Of a stretch of DNA of 64,000 nt, positions 1-13,549 are shown one piece after another. Both the position numbers and the translations under genes were made by a program. The notes under the pieces were generated by a model. That model searched no databases. It saw only the letters and a program-made list of their open reading frames with translations, and had not been told where the DNA came from. Source of the stretch: Antedon mediterranea (lineage: Eukaryota > Animalia > Echinodermata); assembly GCF_964355755.1 (NCBI RefSeq), contig NC_092672.1, positions 12,710,001-12,774,000 of the forward strand. The letters are read 5' to 3'. The first letter of the stretch is position 1; every line of letters starts with the position of its first letter.

Positions 1-125
1 GGGATCATGGCCAACGGTTTTTTAAAGTAATCATTCAAAATCTAGAGTTTGTAAGTAAAAGACACCTTTCATCGCAATTTATATATTAAATGCTTCAATA
101 GGCCTAGTAAGATTAGTCTAATATA

Positions 126-2235
126 ATGTCGAAGGAAGACGCTTTGTTGAAGATCCGAGAAATAGATGAAGAAATGGCCAACATTTTAACAGGTTCGTAG
201 GCCTAATAATTATATTTTAATCTGCCAGCAGTCTAGGCCTAGCCTGGCCCTAGCCTAGGCTCCTTCCTAGTTAGTAATACTGTAGGCCTGGAACTAGTAG
301 GTCTAGGCTAGCCTACTATGCCTGTACTGACGGACAGGTGTATAGGTTTAGCTTAGCATTTTAGTTCAGACATTGACAGAGGGGACAAATATTGTCGGAC
401 CTATTTCAGCTAGGTATAAGGAAGGCCTAATAATAGATAATACAATTTATATAATGTAACAGTTATTTTGTAATGTAGCCATGAAATATCTACGAAGGAT
501 TATACTGTATTATATACACATATTCCAATGAGAAATATGACATTTAAAAACACTTCTTTATATTTAATTAATTGTACACACTAAGTAATCCCCGAAGTGA
601 TCACATCGATATTGAAACTTTATGTTTTTAACTCTAAATTTAAAAAAAACATACTAAAAAAACAAACAAAAAACATACGTACTGCATAACTAAAATTGTT
701 ATATTAAATTTCTTTTTAAAAAACTGTGTTATTTACAATATCTTAAATTATTTGTTAGGTAATTGAAGAAGTTCGAAGGATACTAATTATTACTAGGCAA
801 AGAGGAATGAAATACAAAAGAAAGCTTTTTAAAAAAGTGCTTAGCAAATTTTTCCAAAGAAGAGAATAATATAGTTTATTTTGGTATTTTAAAGAGAAAC
901 ACCAGTCCTCCATCTGGTAAGTACAGTGTATGTTTTTGTACTTTTATCTATTCATAAATAGTTTTATAATGGACCAATGGTAGTGAGGAAAATACGTTTA
1001 CATATTGTGTACGTATTTTTAACAGCTTGGTTCGACTCAAGCTAGTGTCATGCACTCCTCCCTTTGACAACTAAAATTAAATAAATGACTTATGAATATT
1101 AATTTTTGACATATTAATGCTCTCCTGGCCAGCCCACCCTTTCCCCTTCCTTTTACATTGACCACCTACAAAACTGTAGGCTACATTATTAAAAATTTGA
1201 GCTACAGTATATCAAGTTTATGTCCATACATTATTCCACTCATTTAAATAAATTTATATAATATAATGTTTTCAATTTGTTATTTTTGGTTAGGTTCAAA
1301 GATAACCCATATGTTGTCAAACATATTTGTTGGGAAAAACTCATCAAAAAAAGTCTGCCGACCTTGAAGGTATTGAGTGTTTTTTAAAATTTAAAATACA
1401 AGTAACATTATGTACATTAAAAAAAATATCTTAAAGTGTTTTTTTAAAATAGCTTAAAATTCGAGGTATATACTATGTTTACAATAATTTATTAAAATCA
1501 AACAATTAAACAAAATTTACATTTAATTGTATGATTGTTATTATAAACATTGATACGGAATAAAAACATCAATCAGGATTGAGCACCGTTTTGCGTATTG
1601 TCTTCCTAAATAGTAATATTAAAAATAAATTTAGACCCTAATAATTTAACTAAAAATAATAGATACAGCCAGGCCTGTCTTTGGGATTGGTATAAACAGG
1701 GCAAAGTTTGTGATTAAAAAGTTCAAATGCATATTCCACCCACCCTTATGTCTTATAATGTAAAATTATTCTTACCACCGTTCTAATATTGCGTCATGTT
1801 TTTGTGTTTACCGCCCCAGATATAGGACTCTAAAACCACACCGTACCCAATTAGTTGATGATGTTACACATATTTTAAATACAGTAATAACTAAAACTAT
1901 ATTAATCTCTTTTCATTTTTAGGAACATGAATAAAGATCCAGAATCCTGGTCTTCACGCCGATCAGGTAATATGCCGGTATTGCTTTTGGACACAGAAAT
2001 GGCCTACATTAAAGTTTAGCAAACAATTCTAACTACAAAGAAAGCAAAATTAGATGAGGCTCTAGTTACTCTCCTCTCCACTTTTTACCTTCTAGATTTC
2101 GATTATCCAAAATGAAAAGAAGTAGGCCTCACTATTCTTTAACAGTTAGTGATTTGTGATGAAAACACACCTGTACACTTGACAAAGGCTGTTGAATCAT
2201 CATTAGTATACATTAATAAATTTAAAGACACCTAA
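126..2235 (+). pseudogene. Spliced, decayed transposon accessory ORF (SAMD3-like/EnSpm ORF2-type C-terminus)
   Basis: Putative exons: 126-192 (MSKEDALLKIREIDEEMANILT, GT at 193), ~759-916 (GTAAGT donor), ~1294-1369, and 1923-2235 reading ...KLDEALVTLLSTFYLLDFDYPK*KEVGLTIL*QLV...FKDT*. In-frame stops at 2017, 2113 and 2140. The FY..D..YP motif is recalled from animal EnSpm-associated proteins. Confidence 0.5.
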
Positions 2236-2529
2236 TAGTTTAAAGCCCAGGTGCGGGAGAAGAATTTTACGAAATTTGTATTTTACCATTTTAATGTTTT
2301 TAAGTTTTCTTTTGATGGCATTTTATTATTAATAAAAACAAGTTTGTTTTAAAGAAGTTGTATATATTATTGTACCTAATGTCATGTAAATTGTAGTTCT
2401 TAATGAAAATAACAGTATTGTTAACATTATGTTTTATAACATTCTTGAATTTATTTGTTTAAGTAAAATATTACTTAAAATGAGTATTCATTTATCGTTC
2501 TTAAAATAAATTTTTAATGATTTATATTT

Positions 2530-4540
2530 TATAGAATTCTTGTTTCAAGCAATTTTTTTCCCAATATAAGTAAGAATTTACGAATTTTAATTTGATAGAA
2601 TTCTTGTTTCAAGCAATACTTTTCTTAAAATAAGTAAACATTTACTGGTTTTTATTTGATAGACTTCTTGTTTACTTATTTTAAAAAAAGTTTTGCTTGA
2701 AACAAGAATTCTACAAATAAAAATCGGATCTTACTTATTTTAAGAAATATATTGCTTGAAACAAGAAAACTAAAAATATAAATCGGAATATTCTTACTTA
2801 TTTTAAGAAAAATATTGCTTAAAACAAGAATTCTAAAAAATACAAACCGGAATATTCTTACTTATTTTAAAAAAAATATTGCTTGAAACAAGAATTCTAC
2901 AAATAAAAATCGGAATATTCTTACTTATTTTAAGAAATATATTGCTTGAAACAAGAATTCAAAAAATACAAATCGGAATATTCTTACTTATTTTAAGAAA
3001 AATATTGCTTGAAACAAGAATTCAAAAAATACAAATCGGAATATTCTTACTTATTTTAAGAAAAATATTGCTTGAAACAAGAATTCAAAAAATACAAATC
3101 GGATATTCTTACTTATTTTAAGAAATATATTGCTTGAAACAAGAATATTAAAATTAAAAATCGGAATATTCTTACTTATTTTAAGAAAAATATTGCTTAA
3201 AACAAGAATTCTAAAAAATACAAATCGGAATATTCTTACTTATTTTAAGAAAAATATTGCTTGAAACAAGAATTCTACAAATAAAAATCGGAATATTCTT
3301 ACTTATTTTAAGAAATATTTTGCTTGAAACAAGAATTCAAAAAATACAAATCGGAATATTCTTACTTATTTTAAGAAAAATATTGCTTGAAACAAGAATT
3401 CAAAAAATACAAATCGGAATATTCTTACTTATTTTAAGAAAAATATTGCTTGAAACAAGAATTCAAAAAATAAAAATCGGAATATTCTTACTTATTTTAA
3501 GAAATATCTTGCTTGAAACAAGAATTCAAAAAAATACAAATCGGAATATTCTTACTTATTTTAAGAAATATATTGCTTGAAACAAGAATTCTATAAAATA
3601 CAAATCGGAATATTCTTACTTATTTTAAGAAAAATATTGCTTGAAACAAGAATTCAAGAAATACAAATCGGAATATTCTTACTTATTTTAAGAAATATAT
3701 TGCTTGAAACAAGAATATTAAAATTAAAAATCGGAATATTCTTACTTATTTTAAGAAAAATATTGCTTAAAACAAGAATTCTAAAAAATACAAATCGGAA
3801 TATTCTTACTTATTTTAAGAAAAATATTGCTTGAAACAAGAATTCTACAAATAAAAATCGGAATATTCTTACTTATTTTAAGAAATATTTTGCTTGAAAC
3901 AAGAATTCAAAAAATACAAATCGGAATATTCTTACTTATTTTAAGAAAAAAATTGCTTGAAACAAGAATTCAAAAAATACAAATCGGAATATTCTTACTT
4001 ATTTTAAGAAAAATATTGCTTGAAACAAGAATTCAAAAAATACAAATCGGAATATTCTTACTTATTTTAAGAAAAATATTGCTTGAAACAAGAATTCAAA
4101 AAATAAAAATCGGAATATTCTTACTTATTTTAAGAAATATCTTGCTTGAAACAAGAATTCAAAAAAATACAAATCGGAATATTCTTACTTATTTTAAGAA
4201 ATATATTGCTTGAAACAAGAATTCTATAAAATACAAATCGGAATATTCTTACTTATTTTAAGAAATATCTTGCTTGAAACAAGAATTCAAAAAAATACAA
4301 ATCGGAATATTCTTACTTATTTTAAGAAATATATTGCTTGAAACAAGAATTCTATAAAATACAAATCGGAATATTCTTACTTATTTTAAGAAATATATTG
4401 CTTGAAACAAGAATTCAAAAAAATACAAATCGGAATATTCTTACTTATTTTAAGAAAAATATTGCTTGAAACAAGAATTCTATTTTAAAAAATCGATAAA
4501 TTGTTACTTATTTTAAGGCAGATACTGCTTAAAACAAGAA
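2530..4540. repeat. 63-bp tandem satellite (~30 units); first 2-3 units inverted
   Basis: Unit TTGCTTGAAACAAGAATTCAAAAAATACAAATCGGAATATTCTTACTTATTTTAAGAAAAATA. Units at ~2530-2672 are in reverse orientation. Explains the repetitive ORFs at 2879-4213. Confidence 0.95.
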
Positions 4541-4769
4541 TGGAAAAAGCAATTAAATTCTTGGTAAGAATATTGTTCTTAAAGTATTATTTCTTGGCAA
4601 GAATAATTTTCTTGATAAGAATTTGTGTGATTCTTGTTAAGAATTTTACGATTCTTGGTAAGCCAAAAAGTATTGAAATACGGACAAGTCAAAATTTACT
4701 TGTTTCAAGAAATATTTTGCTTGAAACAAGTTTTTTTTTTCTTAAAACAAGAATCAGAATTTTGCTGTG

Positions 4770-4833
4770 CAAACGCAAATAACTAAAAAAATGACAATTC
4801 TGTTTGTATCAGTGGCTGGATCTCAATGGAGAT
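4770..4833 (-). mobile_element. Decayed fragment of the hammerhead-bearing (TA)n-associated family
   Basis: GTATCAGTGGCTGGATCTCAATGGAGATA is shared with the copies at 29.7, 29.9 and 58.9 kb. Confidence 0.7.
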
Positions 4834-6205
4834 ATATGCTGTTCTTGTCTATGCTGCTCAGACTTACAATTTCAAAGCAGAAATAGTGTATTTCTGTCTT
4901 AGATCATTTGCTGTTATTATATAAAATGGTGTATACATCGTACATAAAACAAAGGTATTAAAGTGTGTGTGTTATTTATTCTGACATATTATAAGATATT
5001 GATTTCGTTTCCCATGGTTGCGTTAATTTAATGCCATGTACAGTTTTCATAATTATAAATGAAGTGTTTCATAAACTATTCACAATTGTATCTTAGACAT
5101 TATTAATAAAATATTGTATTGACAATGAATAAAATATTGAGCACGTTCCATTGAAAGAATCGTCTACGTTAATTCATTAAATATTAACAATGCATTGGTA
5201 ATACTACCGTCAAAGCGACGCAAGATGGCTAACACGCATAACAAACATATGGAATGAAAGAATATCAACCCCTGTTATTTATAAAATATCAATTTGTACT
5301 TTATTTTGGTCAGGCAATATACTTGTATCTGGAATTACACACGTACAGCCAATTTCACCATCCTGCATATATTATTTGTATCACAGGAACGATGTATCAA
5401 TTTTCAAAGATAAACACTTATACAATTTCAAGATAGTGGTAAACTTTGAGAGTTTAAGTACTCGCTTTAACAGACATGATATTTTCTCAGTTAAATTAAA
5501 CCATCCGGTAGCTAAACGGAATTCATACGAAGTTCTTAATATTTATATCCATCTGATCTTTGTCATATTTAAATACATCAATAATTATCTTTAAACTTGA
5601 TTTCACGAATTATATTATATATACCCGTATTATATAAGTGACACTTAGGTTATGAATGTAAAAATAAGATCACCAGTAAAACATCAGTTTTAGCTACAGC
5701 AGCATCATTAACTATTTGCAAATAGTCAGCCATCACCAGCAACACCACTAACAACTGACAAACGAGAAAATTCACAAAATAAAAAACACCGTCAAGAGTA
5801 AAACAGCATTATTATGATAAGCAACAACACTGCCAACATCATCATAAACAGCAGTAGCAGCACAAATATTACAAATACAATTTCAACATCACCATCAATA
5901 GCAATACAACACCATCAGTAAAAAAGTACAAACATACTGTAAGGTCATCAGCAACAGCACTAGCAGTAGCAGCAAAAACAGTACAAGTTTACAATTTATC
6001 AGCAACATCACTGTATAGCTATACAAAATAGAATATCATCAGCAACACTATTATCAAACAGCGAAACAGTACAAATACAATGTCAGTATCAACAATTGCA
6101 ATTGCAAAAACAAAATGTAAGCATCAACAATCTATCGAGCAGCGATTCAGTACAAACAAAAATTTAGTAAAAAAATTGCAGTAGCAGCAAAAAAAAAAAC
6201 AATAA

Positions 6206-6870
6206 ACAAGAAATATTTTTTACAAAAAAACGCCTCTCGACATTTTAGAATTAATAATTGTTCCTTCTTCAGATATATAAATAATTTATAGAAAATATGT
6301 TTTTGTTACCATGGCAACGTGTAATAAAATAAAAATATATTGGTTAATCGCAAAAAATACACACAATCTAACGTAGCTATTTAATTATAAATCACATCAT
6401 GCCCATTTTTGTGTGTGTTAGTAATCTGGTTGTATTTCATTAAATAATTGATATTTCAGCATTTGAAAGAAGACATGTGTACCTTTCCAACAATGTATTA
6501 TTTTCAAACAAATATTAATCTACTAATTAAAAAACGACATTTAAAAATGGTCAATTTTAAACTTGAATGTGCTGTGTGTGTGTGACCTGTAGGCATGCAA
6601 CTGAATACCCTCTAGAGACGACGTGACTTCACGGTGGTACAAGTGAGAAAATTCTTCTGCAGTCTGTTGATTCGCGTCAACCAATCAAAGGGAAAAGCCC
6701 TCATAGACTCTCTTTTCCCAGACGTGTTTTGGGTCCAGCAGCTGGGACCTATAAATTATAGTCGAGTTCACAATTTCCCAAAACTGTCAGCCTCAGAACT
6801 ATAGCTACCGCGATGATAAAGCTTCTTAATGATTATGTCCTCATTGCTGGCTAAAGCCGCGGCGCGAAAA
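6206..6870 (-). mobile_element. Non-autonomous interspersed repeat, family B (HINE-like end); longest copy
   Basis: Starts AACAAGAAATATTT..TACAAAAAA. Internal CTGTAGGCATGCAACTGAATACCCTCTAGAGAC and TATAAATTATAGTCGAGTT are shared with 11208-11650. Confidence 0.65.
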
Positions 6871-9618
6871 CACAATTTCATCAGCAGCAGCACCAGAAGT
6901 ATATTATTACCAATAGAAACACCGCCATCGTCACCACCTGTATACTAGCAAGAACTAGAAAGAAACACCACAATAACAGCATTGTCAGAACTGAGAACAT
7001 TGAAAACTGTGCCAAAACACTATTTAACATGATTTGCTTATTGCATGTGTATGCTGACGATTTTTAGATCAAATTGCTATTTAAGTAGTGAATCTGATAA
7101 ACTTGTATTGCAATATCCGTGATTGATAATTATACATTATTTAGGCCTAAGTGTAAATTAAACGGTTTTTTTATAGTAAAATAATGAACATTATAGTCCG
7201 AAAATGACTTGTCCCAATTACGTCAGAATGTGTAACTGAAACGTGTATTGTGTAACGATATCTTCTGCTATAGACAAGACAAGTCTGATCTTAAATTCAT
7301 TAACTGCTCTTTGTTAAATGTAACTGTATATTTTATTCAGTTAGGGTAATATGTTCATAGTAGGCCTGGACATGAAAATGATGATTTCACCTTATTATTA
7401 AATCATGGTAATTATGATAAAGTTTCAAGACGGCTGATAATTACAATAAGTGAATATAGATATGTTCTTTTAATTATGAAAATGATGATCAAAATCATGT
7501 TCAGAATGATAACATCATTACAGAAATAATTATACAATATTAATGATGATGCTGTTATTGATAAAGATTTTGATACGACAATGATGGTAATGATTATATT
7601 GATGACGATGACGATGAATGTTGATGAATGACAAATTAACAGATAGACATATTATGTTTGCAAACAAAAAACAACATTAATGTTAAAAGATACAAAATAC
7701 AGATGATTTAAAACAACAAAGTTACGGGGTGAACAAATATCTTCTCAAAGTCTAAGATAAGGGCATAATAGATATTTAAAAAATAATTCGAAATTTGCGT
7801 CGGTTGTATGGCACTATACAATTTTCAATTCATAATTACGATGTGCAATGTCTTATAACGACTTTGTGTAACAAATAGGGAACAAGTAGAACAAACCCAT
7901 GTAAGACCAAAATAATTGAAGATGTTGTTGGTGATGATAATTCACAAATTATTAAGTTTATAGTATCTTATGCAGCAATCTTTTTAAACCGTCAATTACA
8001 TACATAGATGTATATCTCGGAGAAAACACTGAGTTATGATGATTGTGTTTTATGCGAAAAAGAAATAATTCAGTGATTCCATAATACATACGTTCTGTGG
8101 AATTACCAAATTTAACGCGTTCTTGTCTTCGGGCCAGTTTACTTCTTAATGTCTTCTCTATAATGAAAACGACTTAACTCCCCTGAGCTATAGATAACAC
8201 TCCCCCAAAGACAACTTATCAATACACACACATCTCTGCCTCATTGGATACCTAGAAATAATTGAATGGTGTTTATAATGGTTTTCAATCTAAGCATTTG
8301 TTTTGGAATTATCTTTTGCGATTATATATATATATATATAACTATATCTAAGAAAAATTAATATTATCACACAATGCAAGTATCGCTTTAAGAAAAACGC
8401 TAATGTGTATTATTGTTATTATTTTTGATTTGTGGGGGGGGGGGGGGTTCTACATTTTTGTTTCTATTATATATTGTGGTAATGATAAACAGTAAATCAA
8501 TATGTATTGTTTAATAGCTCCAAGAGAATGTTACTAATACGTAGTGTCACGAAAATCAGCATTTAATTGAATCATGGACTCATTCGTGATTAAGCCATGT
8601 TGATTAAGTAGTGAAAGCTGGAGAATTAAACGTACGTTTAGCCTTTTTAGTCGATTATTCTCTGTATTCATTCATCAACAAAAAAAACATTCTTTTGCAT
8701 CACGATTTATTTTATAATTGATTACATCATCGTAATCATCACAATAAACAACAAATAGCATGTCACACATCTTCATTATCACGACTATTGCCTCATTGTC
8801 AGTATCACCATTATTGTGACCATTTTCAACATTTTACCTTGTGAACTACATTATGTTAATATGTTATTACTGATGTCAATCATGAACCTTAAAAACAAGA
8901 ACATTCAACGATTGATATTTGGACAAGATTTTCGTGATCACACGATACTATTACACAATAACATTCTCAATTACACTATTTGACGTAATTCGAACAAGCT
9001 ATTTTTACTTAAGTTTGTAATCATTAAAAGATAAGCGAACGTTTTATTTCACCACACCTTCAATGAAGACAAACAAATATAAATAAAATTGATCATTATT
9101 GCAGTTCGTCTTATTCAATTCATGTTCTTCTTTATAATCTGTTAGTCAACGTCTTCAACGTGCACTGTACTTAAAACAATATGCATTACACTAAGTCGAT
9201 TTCTACATTAGTAGAAAATTTGCATGAGTATCTTTGATTCTCTCCATTTTTGCGATTGCTTCTCTGCACCGAGTATTCCTAATCGAGTAATTTGATACAT
9301 TTTTCTTATCAACCACTTTCTACATTAATTTAGAACTATGCTCTGAGGATCATTTTATCTATTAAGCGAATTCGTCCAACGCCATTAAAACTGTCATGAA
9401 TATATTATTTTATTGGCGCGTTTGTCTTTCAAATTCTTATTTTATATTATTTATTGATACAGCTGATCAGTTATATTAATAGAAATGTACTTTGAAGTAA
9501 AGGAAGACACATGCATGTGAGTGGTTCTATGATATTGTCGTTTTCCAAACTTTGTTTAATCTGGCAATGTTGGAATGTGTGGAGACGCTATTCTACATGC
9601 CATGTGTAGTGTCAATAA

Positions 9619-9980
9619 AGTGCCCTTATGTCGACATAGAACTGAATTCTCAACTCAACTGAATTGACATACGCGCTCCGAGCAACTGAACGCAACTGAC
9701 AGCAACTGATATGCACACAAAAAATGTCGACATAAGCTTAGTTCATTTCAGATCCTCTAAGATCCTTTCAGTTGTTTCATGTTCTATTTTTCTGAAACTG
9801 AATGCAACTGAATGCAACTAAGATTTTTACGACGCAAGCGCGTTCAGTTCCATGTTGATCGCTCGCACACTGGTTCATTTCAGTTCTGTTCAATTCCGTT
9901 TAGTTCCGTCCAGTTGCTCAAACTGTCGACATAAGCGCTCTCGCGCAACTAGTTCATTTCAGTTAAATTGAGTTGAGTTC
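9619..9980. mobile_element. MITE-like element with CTTATGTCGACA inverted motifs and AACTG/CAGTT internal repeats (PIF/Harbinger-like, right end truncated)
   Basis: AGTGCCCTTATGTCGACA at 9619 vs TGTCGACATAAGCGCTCT at 9924. The left half is rich in AACTGA, the right half in TCAGTT. Confidence 0.55.
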
Positions 9981-11010
9981 CAGAATATAGACTTTTCTCT
10001 GCACGATCCCTGTAGTATTTTATGAAACAATGTAACTAAATATTGCTGAAAAATGTGAATTGAATTGAAATGGGTTTTTTTCTTATGTAGGTTCGACCCA
10101 CTTTTATTTCTTCATCAATAAAATGTTCGTTTACATTGAATTGCACTTGATTATTGTAATACAATACAACTGACATTAAATAACTTTCAATACATCTTAT
10201 ATCTCACTTCTACCATATATTATAATAGTAAGGAAAGAAGAAAAATGTTTCCTCTATTTTATACACTTTTACATTACAGTTAGTGCATCAACTAAGTTAA
10301 CCTGATGTCCAGTGTTATAATACTTAACAACCTACGTATAATTTAGCACAACATTCTTTTGTTTTATAACTCTTATCTCTTTCAGGCAATAGAAAATAGT
10401 TATATTTTACTTTACCTAAATATCAATTTTATAAACGTTAATTTTATACCTTGCTAAATTGTTACGGTCCATATCTGACCACACATTATTTGCCTTTTAT
10501 TTATTTATTAAAAACTCACTATTGATTATAACTTCTAACTCAGCAGTAAACATTAACCATGGACATTTTTAACAAGACCAAGTCTATGACTGACTTTACT
10601 TTTATAAACATAGAAACTTAAAATGGAAAATATTTCATTTATTTTTACATCATATTTTCCAAGTACAATTTTCTCCATGTAACTTCCTGAGTAAAATTTA
10701 CTCAGGAAGTTACATGGGAGAAAATTGCATTTAATGCAAAACATGTTTTCAGCATAGCGCAACATTTTACCCAGCAATTTTTTACTTCTTTTCTTCTAAA
10801 TAACATATGCTTTTCATGTTCAACCTCATAATTACAATATTCATAATAATTGCAGTTGGACAAATTTCATATTAGCTTACACTTAGTTGGTAAAATTTGA
10901 GTTGAGTTCCAGAAAATAAACTTTTCTCTGCACGATCCCTGTAGTATTTTATGAAACAATGTAACTATATATTGCTGAAAAATATAAATTGAATTGGAAT
11001 TTAATTGAAA
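9967..11010 (+). repeat. ~105-bp direct repeat (9967-10070 and 10897-11010) ending in a (GAATT)n-like tail
   Basis: TTGAGTTGAGTTCCAGAA..ACTTTTCTCTGCACGATCCCTGTAGTATTTTATGAAACAATGTAACTA occurs twice, 930 bp apart. Confidence 0.85.
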
Positions 11011-11207
11011 TAACAAACACCCTATTTATATTTATATATATTTATATATGAAATACAGTACCGGAATAAAGTATTATCATCAAAATGGTTCGTTTATCTG
11101 AAATGTATACTTCTTATGTATTTAATGCGAATAAAAGAGAAAATTCAAATGGATTACCAGATTCGAAAAGTAAAGTTGCATTTATAGTTATATATAACTA
11201 ATAAATT

Positions 11208-11650
11208 AACATGAAATATTTCTTACAAAAAACGCTGCTTGACATTTTAAAATGAATCATTGTTCTTTCTTCAGATATATTTATGATTAATTATTAAAAA
11301 GATGTCCTTTAATCGCAAAATTACATACAAATCAAAGATATTTCTTTAATTATGAATCACATGGCCATTTAAAAATGGTCAATTTTTAACTTTAATGTTC
11401 TGTGTGTGTGTGACCTCAGCCTGTAGGCATGCAACTGAATACCCTCTAGAGACAACGTGACTTCACGGCGGTACAAGTAAGAACATACCTCCCAGACGTT
11501 TTTTGGGTCTGCAGCTGGGATCTATAAATTATAGTCGAGTTTACAAATTCGCAAAACTGTCGGTCTTAGATACTATAACTGCTGCTTGCTTTAGCTTCTG
11601 AATGAGTAGTCCTCATGGAACGTAGCGGGCTAGAGGAGCAGCGTAAAAAC
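11208..11650 (-). mobile_element. Family B repeat, internally deleted second copy (a third stub lies at ~16412-16490)
   Basis: Colinear similarity to 6206-6870. Confidence 0.65.
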
Positions 11651-13438
11651 AAATAAATTTAAACTGTGTTTATTGTCCATTTTAAGCCCTATCGAGCTAT
11701 ATTATGACCAATATATTGTTTCACCATGATGTATGACCTGGTCTGAGCATGAAGGAATGATATGACCATTATATATATTATACTATAGATTTGGGTTACA
11801 GATATGTATTAAAAAAACTGTTTCATTTAATGCACAATTAAAAAACTAAATAGGAAAATATTAAATTATGGTTAGCCTTGCTATATTGTAATGTATGCTA
11901 GTAAGAGTAGGTTTCTGTATGATAATTTGGTATTGAGTGCATAATTCCGTATATTTAAAAAAGACAAGGTTTCTGAAGATGTATGTTTACTTTGTATTTG
12001 GTAAAAAACCAGAAAGGATTGAGTGACGAGTACATAATTGCGGTTTTAAAGTGCATACTTACAGTGAACAAACAACACGTTTTACGACAGATGCAGAGTA
12101 CTAACAAACTCCAAACCTTAGATATTAATTGATATGCCTAAGTTATATGGTACAGTGAATCACCAATATAAACAAGTTTCAAAATACAACTGAGAATTGA
12201 AGATGGAAAAGTTACAGGTGGCAATCTAATAAAATTAAAATAACTTAACAAAAGGGTAGGTATGAGTTGTTGAATAAGACAACGTAGCTTAATGCCATGG
12301 GGAGGTCTAATAAAACACAAAGTTGACGCCGTAAATGCAAAAATAATAATTATACCACGAGTACTAATTAATATTAACCATTGAACTATAACCGAGTATA
12401 AGAATGTAATATTTCAAGAAGTTTAATCACCCTGATTTAACTATTTCGTTTAAAAAAAATTGAAACTTAATTCAAAATTATTGGTGAACAATTTCAAATA
12501 TTAACAAAACGTATTCTAAAAAAAATTGAAAGAAAACAATATTAAACCTATACCCATATATGGATAGAATGGGTATTTTTTATTCTTAAAACAATTATGA
12601 AAACAACAACATTTACAGTGTTTGGTTCGTTGGGTAATAATAATTGTTTTTATAGAAGCAGATTTAAAGTAATGTAGTATTTATTCTATGCTGGAAAGTA
12701 TTCGATAAAGGAAGCAGACTATAGACAAATAGTGCAAATGAAATAATTACAAAATAAATCAATGAACCCCAGTCTACCTGCATAGATTGTCCGGCTCTCA
12801 AAGAAAGGCATCACTAAAGTTGATTATTTGGACATGATACGGCACGAAATGTTGCCAAGCCAGAGGAAATTTAATCCTCATCTGTTGTTTTTTTTATTAT
12901 GCTACTTTCTTGGTGACCACCGGGTTAAGCTAGTTGAATATATCATCGATTAATTAAAAAAAAAAGAAACGCAGTAGCCTAAGAGATGAAAGTGATGGTT
13001 TTAAAACAGTAGTTTTGTAACAAACATTCGTTATACAAGATACAAAGCAACCATATCATACTTTTCATTCTAGCATAAATTGTATTGAAGTCGCTTTGTC
13101 ATTCGAAATACTGTAATGTATTTTATATTAAAATAGCTACCTACTATTGTATTTTAATAACAACTCTCTAATGTTGGTTTCATTCTTCTAAACACAAAAT
13201 GATCAAGTTTATTTACATGCAATTGTTTGTATTGTCGTAATAAATTAAGAATATATTAATGTTATAAAATGTAACAATAGCGTCTTAGCCTATATTTAAG
13301 TATCGGCTGTTAATTTATAACTCGTACCATCTCAGTTATTATTATAATAGTAAATATAATACTTATATAATTATATATATATATTAATATTAATAAAAAT
13401 TACTGTATACTTTGTCACTGAAGACGTTTTTTGTGCTT

Positions 13439-13549
13439 AAACAAGGCCATATACACAACTGCAGTCGCGTGCGCAAATTTGAGTTAGTGTTTACCGACCG
13501 ACCGTGCGACATTGTAAGCTATTAGAGTCGCGTTACACCCGACTAAAAA
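13439..13549 (-). mobile_element. Helentron-associated non-autonomous element (HINE/DINE-1-like), family A
   Basis: AGTCGCGT subterminal inverted repeats, (CCGA)n microsatellite, terminal stem-loop followed by CTTGTT, T-rich insertion site. Confidence 0.7.

Larger units (their letters stand above)
1..4769 (+). mobile_element. Right-hand part of an EnSpm/CACTA (CMC)-like DNA transposon; left end outside the window
   Basis: Ends in ...GAATTTTGCTGTG (4769), whose reverse complement is the CAC-type terminus CACAGCAAAATTC. It is preceded by a long subterminal tandem/inverted array of the AAACAAGAA motif and an intron-containing accessory pseudogene. Confidence 0.62.

Noticed and set aside
2673-4540. 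CRISPR-like appearance of the 63-bp and 44-bp (25655-26603) arrays
   Set aside because: No unique spacers, no cas genes, eukaryotic context; these are plain tandem repeats.
2879-4782. Repetitive LLETRIQKIQIGIFLLILR ORFs
   Set aside because: Translation of the 63-bp satellite (a multiple of 3), broken by indels; no sign of a real gene.
5690-6190. CAG/CAA-rich tract suggesting a poly-Q/S/T exon
   Set aside because: No sustained ORF or splice signals; degenerate low-complexity repeat.
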